Assembly: GCA_963934795.1 (NCBI GenBank)
Contig: CAWWAF010000006.1
Coordinates: 1,757 to 65,756 of the forward strand
From: an uncultured bacterium
GTDB lineage: Bacteria > Acidobacteriota > Vicinamibacteria > Vicinamibacterales > UBA8438
DNA length: 64,000 bases
Direction: 5' to 3'
Shown: in pieces, positions 27,209 through 35,504 of the stretch
Position numbering within the stretch: position 1 is the stretch's first letter
How the letters are laid out: each line of letters opens with the position of its first letter
The notes under the pieces: generated by a model
What the model saw: only the letters and a program-made list of their open reading frames with translations
Database searches by the model: none
What the model was told of the DNA's origin: nothing
Translations under genes and position numbers: made by a program

Positions 27209-28933
27209 TCAATAGACTCGCAGATTGTCGATCCAGATGGTGCCACCGGTCCCGGGTGGGACCGCCCCGATGTCGACCAGGAAGACAATCGCCTGGGTGT
27301 CTCCCAGCTCGAGCGTGCCGCGCGGGTCGTCGATGACGTTTCTCATGGGCGCGAAAGGTACGGTCACGTCCTGCCACGTGGTGGACGATCGGACTGACCC
27401 CTGCCAGGTGTCGGCGCCTTCTGGTTCTCCGGGGTTGAGATCGCGGACCTGCACCCAGAACCGATAGGGAACGTCGCTCCGAACGGAAAACAGGAGACCG
27501 GCGCGACCAGTGAGGTCCCGCGTTGCGTAGCTGCCAAGCGACGCGAACGGGGACGGGTGGTCCGCTGTCGGGGTCCCCAGTTGGAATGTGATGCGGGCGG
27601 CGTTCGACCCGTCCGGCCCGGCCCCGGGTGCGATGAACTGCGGGTCCATCGTCGTCGTGTTGTCCGCGACCGCCACGAATGTCGAGCGGGTCTCGAATCG
27701 TTCGAGTTCCACGGTGTTTCCGACCACGAGCGGATCTGGCAGCGCGGCCGCCCTGCGTCGCCGAGCGCCGTCCGCCTCCGACACCACGTAGATCGGGTTC
27801 GACACGATCCAAGGCACCGGCCATCCAGGAAGATGGACCTCGACTCGATAGACCCCAGGGTCCGACACCCGTTGGTCGAGAACCCTGTCAGTCGACGCGA
27901 GCGCCATCCCGTTGCGCAACAGCGTCAGCGTCGCGTGTGCCGGGAGCGCCCCGCCAGCGCGCAGTCGGACCGGGCCTGCCGCTGGGACGTCATCGCCCAT
28001 CGTCCATCGCTCGTCGTCCCGTTCCGCGTGAAAAAAGAACTGGTCTGCCGGCGCGAGCGCGCCGAGACCCACGTAGAGCCGGCCCCTCGCCAGCGCGTCC
28101 AGGAGCGCCGCGCTGTCCGCAGCGGCGTTGCCGCCCAGCGGCTCGTCCAGAAGGACATAGTTCTGGGCAATGCGGAAGACGGCCTCATAGGAGGGAAAGG
28201 GAAGCGCGGGGGACAGCGTGGTGAGCGCTCCGTGCGCGTCAGCGCCGGTGATGCCGGTGGCGCGGCGACGGGAGAGCACCTCGTCCCACCGGTCGAGTGT
28301 GGCCGGGCGTTGCAAGAGGCGCAGCAACGCGTAGTCAGCGTTCAAGGGATATCTGGCGAGCGCGCCCAAGAGCCCGACCCAGCCGGCGGCCCGCCACTGT
28401 GAGTCGCCGTTGAGGAGCTCGACACCCCAGTTTCCAGGCAACTCCCAGTCGCGCCAGCGAAGATCCTCACGGTCGCTCTCGGGATGGGCCGCGAAGCTCA
28501 GACCGCCCAGGTCCGCCAGGTCGAGCAGTGCCTCGGTGGCGTCGCCTGAGAATCGATAGGTAAGCTCGGGGAGGCCCATGGCCAGGAGATGCCCTTGCCG
28601 GTTAGAAATCTCAGTGCCTACCAGGGTCAGCACCCCCGCGGGGCCGTAGCCTTCGTTGGGCTTGGCCGCCAGCGAGTTGTGGTCGGTCACGATGACGAAG
28701 TCGAGCCCGGCGGCCGCGGCCGCCGCCTCCACGTCCTCCACTTGACCACTCCCGTCAGAGTGCGCGGTATGCACGTGCGCAACGCCCGACACCCGCACAA
28801 AGTCATCGGGCAGGTCTGTCGGAACGATCGGCTGCGGGCGCCAGGCCGCGACACGCCAGACGATCACGAGGGCTACGAGCAGGATGCTGGCGGCGATCAC
28901 CCTCCGGAACGCCGGTCGGGCCGCAACGGTCAT
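27209..28933 (-). CDS. PHP-domain (CehA/McbA-like) metallo-phosphoesterase with C-terminal CBM11/CIA30-like beta-sandwich
   Basis: N-terminal TM anchor. GVAHVHTAHSDGSG, FVIVTDHN, ITGADAHG. C-terminus ...AIVFLVDIG...GTIWIDNLRVY. Confidence 0.75.
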   Translation of the reverse strand: MTVAARPAFRRVIAASILLVALVIVWRVAAWRPQPIVPTDLPDDFVRVSGVAHVHTAHSDGSGQVEDVEAAAAAAGLDFVIVTDHNSLAAKPNEGYGPAGVLTLVGTEISNRQGHLLAMGLPELTYRFSGDATEALLDLADLGGLSFAAHPESDREDLRWRDWELPGNWGVELLNGDSQWRAAGWVGLLGALARYPLNADYALLRLLQRPATLDRWDEVLSRRRATGITGADAHGALTTLSPALPFPSYEAVFRIAQNYVLLDEPLGGNAAADSAALLDALARGRLYVGLGALAPADQFFFHAERDDERWTMGDDVPAAGPVRLRAGGALPAHATLTLLRNGMALASTDRVLDQRVSDPGVYRVEVHLPGWPVPWIVSNPIYVVSEADGARRRRAAALPDPLVVGNTVELERFETRSTFVAVADNTTTMDPQFIAPGAGPDGSNAARITFQLGTPTADHPSPFASLGSYATRDLTGRAGLLFSVRSDVPYRFWVQVRDLNPGEPEGADTWQGSVRSSTTWQDVTVPFAPMRNVIDDPRGTLELGDTQAIVFLVDIGAVPPGTGGTIWIDNLRVY

Positions 28934-29856
28934 CGTGTTGGTACTGCGGTCCCCGGCCGGTCAGACCTTGGCGGCGGTGGTGAGGACGATGTGCGCGCCT
29001 GCAGCAGCGAGAGATCCTGCGGGGGGTTGCCCCGTGCGCCCCGTGTGACGTGTTCACGTAGAAGAAATCGAGGTGCGAGGTGCCGACGAAGATAGGCTGC
29101 CGAGAAGAACACGCCGCACCGGTTGCTGCCGGCCGCGTCGGCGTCGCGCACCACGAGCTCAGCCGCGTGGAACCGGTCTCGTTCGGAGGCTGACAGTGTG
29201 TCCAGATACGCCTCACCATGGGTCGAGATGATCAGGTGCCCACCGGGACGAAGAACCCGAGCCAACTCGGCGACCCATCGGCTGTGCAACGGCTCCGGCA
29301 GATGCGTGAACACGGACAGGGCGTAGATGAGGTCGAAGCTTGCGGTCGGGTACGGAAGTGGCGGTTCCAGGCCGTTGGTTGCGAACTGCGCGAACGGCAG
29401 GCGCTGCCGACACCACCGGATCAGCACGGGATTGTAGTCGCACCCGTGAACCTCAGCCGACAGGTTGGCCCAGTGTCGAAGCACGCGCCCGCATCCGCAT
29501 CCAAAGTCGAGGATGGTCCTGACGTCCGAGACAGGGGTGTCGTGTCGGGCGAGCTGCGCGCGGATGCTGTCGGCGCCGGCGCGGCCGCTCTGCACGAACC
29601 ACTCGATCGACGGCGACGCCGTCGTCAACATCAAGAGCCGCGCGGGTGGGATCGGCAGGCTATCGCCACCGCCGGCACGTAGGAATCGACGATTGTGTGC
29701 TACCCAGCTCAGCGCCGTGACCGCGTCACGGATGCGGCGGGCACCATCTAGCATCCGGAGTCGTGCGAGTGCGGCCTTCAGCACCGCTCTCGCGGAAAGC
29801 CGCGGCACGTAGGCGCTCAGCGGGTCTTCAGGGGGCCAAAGGCGGTTGCGAGCCAC
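28930..29856 (-). CDS. Class I SAM-dependent methyltransferase
   Basis: ILDFGCGCGRVLRH (motif I) and LRPGGHLIIS. ATGA overlap with the downstream PHP gene. Start uncertain: GTG 29856 overlaps the upstream small gene by 40 nt; alternative ATG at 29754. Confidence 0.8.
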   Translation of the reverse strand: MARNRLWPPEDPLSAYVPRLSARAVLKAALARLRMLDGARRIRDAVTALSWVAHNRRFLRAGGGDSLPIPPARLLMLTTASPSIEWFVQSGRAGADSIRAQLARHDTPVSDVRTILDFGCGCGRVLRHWANLSAEVHGCDYNPVLIRWCRQRLPFAQFATNGLEPPLPYPTASFDLIYALSVFTHLPEPLHSRWVAELARVLRPGGHLIISTHGEAYLDTLSASERDRFHAAELVVRDADAAGSNRCGVFFSAAYLRRHLAPRFLLREHVTRGARGNPPQDLSLLQARTSSSPPPPRSDRPGTAVPTR

Positions 29857-30029
29857 AGGCCTACAGCCAGGACTGCCGTGCAGGCGCCGACCACCATGTA
29901 CACCGTCGAGTCGGGTGCGTAGTCCATATACAGGTAGTAGGGCAGGATCGCGATATCGAGGAAGATGGCGACCAGGAAGAAGGTGAGCGTGAGCTTCCCG
30001 GCCGGTCCCAATTCTTGTGTGTTGGTCAT
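29817..30029 (-). CDS. Small (70 aa) two-TM membrane protein heading the methyltransferase/PHP operon
   Basis: Two hydrophobic helices (LTLTFFLVAIFLDIAILPYY and VVGACTAVLAVGLWLATAF). GC-rich third positions. No clear SD. Confidence 0.55.
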   Translation of the reverse strand: MTNTQELGPAGKLTLTFFLVAIFLDIAILPYYLYMDYAPDSTVYMVVGACTAVLAVGLWLATAFGPLKTR

Positions 30030-30149
30030 GAAATACCTAGAGAAATGAGGCCCTTAGTCTCGCCGCTGAGCGCCGCGCTGTCAACGGCTGGGCTCGTGTA
30101 AACTCTGCTCACTGTCACGCGAAGGCTATTGAGGAAGGGAGACCCACGC

Positions 30150-30212
30150 ATGGTGGACGGCACTCAATACATTGTCGTTGCGGTGAGTGACGGGGTGTAT
30201 TCGGGGGAATAG
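30150..30212 (+). other. 20-codon mini-ORF resembling the last beta-strand of PQQ dehydrogenases (gene stub or leader peptide)
   Basis: GAGGAAGGGAG lies ~8 nt upstream of the ATG. It encodes MVDGTQYIVVAVSDGVYSGE. Compare GGKQYIVVTVG (gene 9628..11583) and AGRQYLAVIVGSGGY (gene 41673..43823). Confidence 0.35.
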
Positions 30213-30406
30213 AGGGCCTACAGGGTCTCGCCCGAGTAGTGTGCCGATGACGTCTGGCCCCCGGACCTGGGCTGGTCGGAACGTGTGGCGGGTGGCGCGG
30301 TCGCCGCGAACTGACTAAAATTGATGGGCTCGCTCAAAGGAGCCGGTGCTGGCCAGGTTCAACGACCGCGCCGGAGCACCGATAGATTCTCAAGGAGATT
30401 CGACGA

Positions 30407-31417
30407 ATGCGTCAGACATGTGTGACGACCCTGCGTTGCGCCGCGGTCCTCTTGGTCAGCGGGCTCCTAGTGCCATCCCTTGCCGTGGGGCAGACGCCCG
30501 AGGGCGCCTGGACGCTCCCACGGACGGCGGATGGCCATCCGGACCTCCAAGGAGTCTGGGCCAACAACAACGCGACCCCACTTGAGCGGCCTGACGTGTG
30601 GTCTGACAAGGACACGTTGTCCGCCGAGGAGTTGGCAGCGCTCGAGGTCGCGGCCGCGACCGCCGTCGGCGACGGCGATGCGCTGTTCGGTGACCAACTG
30701 GTGCTCGCCGCGATCGAGGGGATCGAGGCCACGTCCTACGACCCGACCACGGGGAACTACAACCAATTTTGGATTGCCGAGCGGGATTTCACCAGTCAGA
30801 CCTCTCTGGTGATCGACCCGCCCAACGGTCGGATTCCTGATGTGACCGCGGCCGCGCGCGAGCGCGGACAGCAGGCCGTCGCCTACTCCCGCGATCACCC
30901 GGCCGATAGTTATACCGACCGACCCCTGTCGGAGCGTTGCGTCAGCTACGGAGTGCCACGGCTCGGCGCAGGTTACAACAGCTATAACCAGTTGTTCCAG
31001 AGTGCGAGCCACGTCGTGTTCATGAACGAGATGATTCACGACGCGCGAGTGATTCCGCTTACCGGGTTGCCCCATGCTCCCGATGCGGTTCGGCAGCTTC
31101 ATGGTGATTCCCGCGGCCGTTGGGACGGTGACACGTTGGTGGTGGAGACGACCAACTATTCATCGGACGCGACGTTTCGCGGCTCATCGGACGGTTTGCA
31201 CATGGTCGAGCGATTTACGCTGGCTGGACCCAGGACGCTCAACTACGAAGTAACGCTGACCGACCCGACCGTGTGGTCCAGACCGTGGACGGTCTTGATT
31301 CCATTGAGTCGGAGCGACGAACCGATGTTCGAGTACGCCTGTCACGAGGGCAACATCGGTATGGACGGTATTTTGTCCGGCCACCGCGCAGAGGAGCGTG
31401 CGGCGGCGTCCAAATAG
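30407..31417 (+). CDS. Secreted conserved protein of unknown function ('PDLQGVW ... YACHEGN' family); paralog of 46325..47299
   Basis: AAGGAG lies 9 nt upstream. Signal peptide present. Shared with the paralog: PDLQGVW..ATPLERP, WDGDTLVVET/WEGETLVVET and the C-terminal FEYACHEGN.GM..#L.G.RA.E. Confidence 0.8.
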   Translation: MRQTCVTTLRCAAVLLVSGLLVPSLAVGQTPEGAWTLPRTADGHPDLQGVWANNNATPLERPDVWSDKDTLSAEELAALEVAAATAVGDGDALFGDQLVLAAIEGIEATSYDPTTGNYNQFWIAERDFTSQTSLVIDPPNGRIPDVTAAARERGQQAVAYSRDHPADSYTDRPLSERCVSYGVPRLGAGYNSYNQLFQSASHVVFMNEMIHDARVIPLTGLPHAPDAVRQLHGDSRGRWDGDTLVVETTNYSSDATFRGSSDGLHMVERFTLAGPRTLNYEVTLTDPTVWSRPWTVLIPLSRSDEPMFEYACHEGNIGMDGILSGHRAEERAAASK

Positions 31418-31489
31418 ACTCTCCGGTTGCGTCGCGCGGCGAGTTCCGCGTGGCGCGCCGGTGTGTGTGTCCTGCGCGCGAACCCAGCC

Positions 31490-32779
31490 ATGAATCTTCC
31501 GGCACGACTCTTGGGAGTCGGCGCGATCGTGTGCGCGTCCACAGCCACCGCGGCGTTTGCGCAACGAGACGTGGATCCGGTCGCGGTCGTTCGACAGCTG
31601 GCCGCCCGGTCGGAGATCCGTCTGGCCCTCGAGCTCGCTCGAGTCCTCGAGGCTGACGCGGAGTCCGACCTCATCGAGCTCACCGAGATTCCCGCACCGC
31701 CGTTTGAGGAGTCCGCTCGGGCGTCGCGGTTCGCCGAGATGCTGAAGGCAACGGGTCTGCCCGAGGTGACGATCGACGAGGTCGGCAATGTGCTCGCCCG
31801 TCGGACCGGGTCTGGCGCCGGAGAGACGGTTGCGATCGTGGCCCATCTCGACACCGTCTTTCCTGCGGGGACAGACGTGACGGTCCGTCGTCGCGGTGAT
31901 CGGCTGTACGCGCCCGGCATCGGCGACAACACCCGCGGTCTGGTGCTGCTCCTCAATGTGGCGACGGCGCTGGAGCGCGCAGGCGTACGGACGAGCGCGG
32001 ACATTTTGTTTGTCGGGAGCGTCGGTGAAGAAGGGCTCGGGGACTTGCGCGGCATTCGCCACTTGCTCCGGCGCGGTGGCCCCCGCGTCGACCAGATGAT
32101 TGCCATTGACGGCGGCAGTGATAGCCGGGTGGTCAATCGGGCCCTCGGTTCGCGCCGATATCGTGTCACGGTGACCGGCCCGGGTGGCCACTCGTGGGGT
32201 GACTTCGGTCTGGCGAATCCGGTTCACGCACTGGGACGTGCCACCTTTTACTTTGACGAGGCCGCGGCAGCGGTCGTCAATACGGGGTCGCCGGCCAGCT
32301 ACAACGTCGGGCGTGTCGGGGGGGGGACGTCGGTCAATGCGGTGCCGCACGACAGTTGGGCCGAGATTGACATGCGTTCCGTGGACCCGGACCAAGTCGA
32401 CCGGCTTGAGCGCGTATTGCGTGAATCGGTCGCGCGAGGCATCGACGAGCAGAACCGGGCCAGGGACCGGGGCGAGTCGCTCGAGGCCGATTTCGAGTTG
32501 ATCGGGGATCGTCCCTCAGGCACCGTTGCGGAGGACACGCCACTCGTGCAACAGGCGATGGCGGTGACCCGTTTTCTCGGGAGGCAGCCCAGGCTGGGTG
32601 CCGCGTCGACGGATGCGAATGTGCCGATCGCCAACGGGCTTCCGGCCGTCACGCTGGGGCGGGGTGGGAATGGCGGCGGCGCCCATGCGCTCCAGGAATG
32701 GTGGGCCCCGCGTGACGCGCACATCGCGGTACAGCGTGCGTTGCTCGTGCTCGTCGCGTCCGCCGGACTGGCTGACTGA
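31490..32779 (+). CDS. M20 family metallopeptidase (peptidase T-like), secreted
   Basis: IVAHLDTVFP, PGIGDNTRG, VGSVGEEGLGDLRG. Signal peptide after internal ATG 31490. Confidence 0.85.
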   Translation: MNLPARLLGVGAIVCASTATAAFAQRDVDPVAVVRQLAARSEIRLALELARVLEADAESDLIELTEIPAPPFEESARASRFAEMLKATGLPEVTIDEVGNVLARRTGSGAGETVAIVAHLDTVFPAGTDVTVRRRGDRLYAPGIGDNTRGLVLLLNVATALERAGVRTSADILFVGSVGEEGLGDLRGIRHLLRRGGPRVDQMIAIDGGSDSRVVNRALGSRRYRVTVTGPGGHSWGDFGLANPVHALGRATFYFDEAAAAVVNTGSPASYNVGRVGGGTSVNAVPHDSWAEIDMRSVDPDQVDRLERVLRESVARGIDEQNRARDRGESLEADFELIGDRPSGTVAEDTPLVQQAMAVTRFLGRQPRLGAASTDANVPIANGLPAVTLGRGGNGGGAHALQEWWAPRDAHIAVQRALLVLVASAGLAD

Positions 32780-32819
32780 CTGACCGACTGACGAGCCCGA
32801 TCGGGTTCCCGCTTCCCTC

Positions 32820-32862
32820 AAAAAAAAAGACGCCGGCCGGGAGTGTCCTCCCAGCCGACGCC
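32820..32862 (-). terminator. Rho-independent terminator of the FAH-family gene
   Basis: Read on the minus strand: GGCGTCGGCTGGGAG-GACA-CTCCCGGCCGGCGTC, a 15-bp stem with three G.U pairs that become A.C mismatches on the plus strand, followed by T9. Lies 32 nt after the minus-strand stop. Confidence 0.8.
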
Positions 32863-32893
32863 TGTCTGTTACCCGAAGGGTCTCGCCGCCGCG

Positions 32894-34039
32894 CTAGCGA
32901 TACGACTGGACCGGCGGGAGCTGCGAGCCCGACAGGTCGTCGGGAACGCCCTCCTCGGCGACGACCGTGTGGGTCAGCGTGCCGATGCCTTCGATGCTGG
33001 CGCTGATGGTCTCGCCCGCCTGCAGGTAGCCAGAGCCTGTTGCGCGCTCGACGCGGCCTGCGCCGGTGCCGCCAGACGTCCCGCTCTGCAGCACGTCACC
33101 AGGGTATATGGTGATGAGCGACGACGCGTATTCGATCAGCTCCGGGATGTTGTGAATCATGTCCCCCGCCCTGGCCTCCTGGACGGTCACCCCGTCGATG
33201 ACCAGGCTCTGGTGCAGGCGCTCCATCGGATCGCCGTAGAACTCCTTGGGCACGATCCACGGCCCATGGGGCGCGAACGTGTCATGGCCCTTACCGACGA
33301 ACCAGTCTGAACCGGAGCCGTACCCGCCCGGCGGCCGTCCGCCTCGGTCGGAGACATCCATGGCGACCATGTAGCCGAACACGTGGTCGTAGGCGCGATT
33401 GGCGGAGATGTACTTGCCGGTGCGGCCGAAGACGATCGCCATCTCGACTTCCCATTCGATCCGATCACGGCCGAAGGGCATCACGATGTCGTCGCCGCTC
33501 CCGATGACCGCGCCGCGGGTGGGCTTCAAGAAGAGGTAGGGCACGCCGCGGTCCTCTTTCCGCTCCTGGGTCCGCGCTTGGAGGTCCTCTTCCGTGCAGC
33601 CCTCACACGCGTGCGTGTAGAAGTTGACCGCCGCATTCATGAGCTTGCCCGGATACATGATGGGAGGTCGGGCGCGCAATTCTGACACGTCGTAGACGTA
33701 GTCGGCCCGACTGCCGCCGGAGAGTGCGTTCTGTGCGATCGCGTGATTGACGATCTCATACAACCGGTACTTGAGGCCGTACTCATAGCGGCCGATGAGT
33801 TCCATCATGTCCTCCGGCATCGGCACCGTGGCGTACTCTGGGCCCGCTTCGAGCACCATGTTCGCGACTTCGATGTCGATTACCAGGGAGTCCCGGAGGA
33901 TCAGCACTACATGTGGCACACCGTGGATGTCGAAGGTGCCCACTTTGAACGGCTCAGCCGGGGTGACGTCCGTCTGGGCCGTGGCCGTGCCGACGCTGGC
34001 GAGCGCCACGATCAGGCCTAACATCAATGTTCGTCGCAT
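32894..34039 (-). CDS. Fumarylacetoacetate hydrolase (FAH) family protein with signal peptide
   Basis: DRIEWEVEMAIVFGRTGKYI...GYMVAMDVSDRG, GKGHDTFAPHGPWIV, PGDVLQSGTSGGTG. GAGGAG upstream of ATG 34039. Confidence 0.85.
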   Translation of the reverse strand: MRRTLMLGLIVALASVGTATAQTDVTPAEPFKVGTFDIHGVPHVVLILRDSLVIDIEVANMVLEAGPEYATVPMPEDMMELIGRYEYGLKYRLYEIVNHAIAQNALSGGSRADYVYDVSELRARPPIMYPGKLMNAAVNFYTHACEGCTEEDLQARTQERKEDRGVPYLFLKPTRGAVIGSGDDIVMPFGRDRIEWEVEMAIVFGRTGKYISANRAYDHVFGYMVAMDVSDRGGRPPGGYGSGSDWFVGKGHDTFAPHGPWIVPKEFYGDPMERLHQSLVIDGVTVQEARAGDMIHNIPELIEYASSLITIYPGDVLQSGTSGGTGAGRVERATGSGYLQAGETISASIEGIGTLTHTVVAEEGVPDDLSGSQLPPVQSYR

Positions 34040-34216
34040 AGAACTCCTCGTTTTGCAGAAATTTGGTTCACTAAGAGAGGTTCGTTGTACCTCCCTGACC
34101 TTCGGGGTGTCAAGGACGGCTGAGGGGTTCGCACGCCTACAGGGTTGCGCTCGCGATCGGCGGGCTTCCGTTGCCGGTCCCGCGCCGGCCGTCCGGCGAG
34201 ACCGTATACTGAGCGG

Positions 34217-35473
34217 ATGCGTAGCGCATTGGTCACCGTGCCATGGGTGCTGGCCGCCGCCGCCATCGCGTGGGGTGGGGGTACGACCCCCGAAGCTCGC
34301 CAGACGACCCCGGCGCGGAACGCTATCGTGTTCATCGGAGACGGTGTCGACGACCATCAGTTGACCATCGCTCGGAACTACTTGTTTGGCGCGAGCGGCG
34401 GGACCGCCATTGCAGCGGGTGTTGTGACCAGCCGCGGCCGTATCGCGACCCAGGCGGGACACGGGCGTCCGGTGCCGACACTGCTCGAATGGGCCTCAGC
34501 GGCCGGCAAGTGGACCGGCATCTTCACGACGTCGAGCATTACCGATGCGACGCCAGCCAGCTTTGTGGCCCACATCAATCGGCGGTTCTGTCAGGGACCG
34601 CGAGACATGCAACCCACGCCGACTGACTCTCGGTGTCTGGGGGCCCTGAAAGCGAACGGGGGGCCGGGGTCGATTGCCGCCTCAGGTGTCGATCTGCTGC
34701 TTGGAGGCGGGTATCGACACTTCGACCAGCCGGACGAGGCTGGTGTGTCCGTGCTCCGCCAGGCACAAGACGCTGGGTATCGCGTGGTTCGGGATGCGGC
34801 CGGGCTGAGCGCGGCGTCGGCACGGCCGGGCAAATTACTGGGGTTGTTCGGCGACGACACGTTGCCGGTGGAATGGACCGGTGAGCGCGATGGCCGCGCG
34901 AGGTCGGTGGCGTTTGAGGCAGACGGGTCAGTGAGCGACCCCGCGCCGTTTGGGTGCATCGACAACCCGAGGTTCGGGACCCGACCCACGCTCGAGGCGA
35001 TGACGGCTTTTGCGCTGGAGCGCCTGGGGGATGCACCTGACGGGTTCGTGATGATGGTCGAGAGTGCTTCGATCGACAAGCAGGCGCATCAAGGGCGACC
35101 ATGCGGCCAGATTGGTGAAACCCGCGCGCTCGACGATGCGGTTCGCGTCGCGGCGGCATTTCAGGTGCGACACGCGGACACGCTGATCGTCGTGGCTTCG
35201 GACCACGGGCATGCGGCACAGATTATTCCCTGGCCAAGCTTGTTCGCGTCTCGTGCGGAGCCTCAGTATCCGCCCGGTAAGGTGGCGCGCGTACGGACCC
35301 TCGAGGGAGGGATCATGGCGGTGTCGTACGGGACGAACGTGACCTATCTGGAAGAGCACACCGGGACTCAAGTGCCGGTGTGCGGCCAAGGCCCCGAGGC
35401 GGCGGGGGTGCAGGGCCTCATTCAACAGGCTGATCTGTTCGGCATTGTCCAGCGGGCCCTTGGACTGGACTGA
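34217..35473 (+). CDS. phoA: PhoA-type alkaline phosphatase homolog with an apparent in-frame deletion next to the nucleophile segment
   Basis: Collinear with E. coli PhoA as I remember it: IGDGVDD, DATPASFVAH..RR, VESASIDKQAHQGRPCGQIGET, ASDHGH, EHTGTQ. ARNYLFGASGGTAIAAG replaces [12 protein letters not shown]...(about 30 aa)...[15 protein letters not shown]. Confidence 0.8.
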   Translation: MRSALVTVPWVLAAAAIAWGGGTTPEARQTTPARNAIVFIGDGVDDHQLTIARNYLFGASGGTAIAAGVVTSRGRIATQAGHGRPVPTLLEWASAAGKWTGIFTTSSITDATPASFVAHINRRFCQGPRDMQPTPTDSRCLGALKANGGPGSIAASGVDLLLGGGYRHFDQPDEAGVSVLRQAQDAGYRVVRDAAGLSAASARPGKLLGLFGDDTLPVEWTGERDGRARSVAFEADGSVSDPAPFGCIDNPRFGTRPTLEAMTAFALERLGDAPDGFVMMVESASIDKQAHQGRPCGQIGETRALDDAVRVAAAFQVRHADTLIVVASDHGHAAQIIPWPSLFASRAEPQYPPGKVARVRTLEGGIMAVSYGTNVTYLEEHTGTQVPVCGQGPEAAGVQGLIQQADLFGIVQRALGLD

Positions 35474-35504
35474 GCGGGCGGTGCGGAAGTGTGACCAGGG
35501 ATTG

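Noticed and set aside
30150-30212. Considered the SD-preceded 20-aa mini-ORF as a pqqA-type PQQ precursor, given the many PQQ enzymes in the window.
   Set aside because: PqqA peptides carry a conserved Glu-x-x-x-Tyr. This peptide has only D-G-V-Y and T-Q-Y, and no pqqB-E genes are nearby. Its similarity is to the C-terminal strand of PQQ dehydrogenases instead.
32318-32326. G9 homopolymer inside the M20 gene, plus G7-G8/C8 runs at about 25216, 37405, 52447, 56755 and 60935, considered as possible phase-variation tracts.
   Set aside because: All the coding runs are in frame and encode Gly stretches that fit the protein families, which is expected in a high-GC genome. Only the short GG at about 41211 is associated with a frameshift.
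32777-32800. CTGAC/TGAC reiteration (GACTGACTGACCGACTGACGAG) at the end of the M20 gene.
   Set aside because: It is only ~22 nt long. It simply supplies stop codons in several frames ahead of the terminator and shows no further repeat structure.
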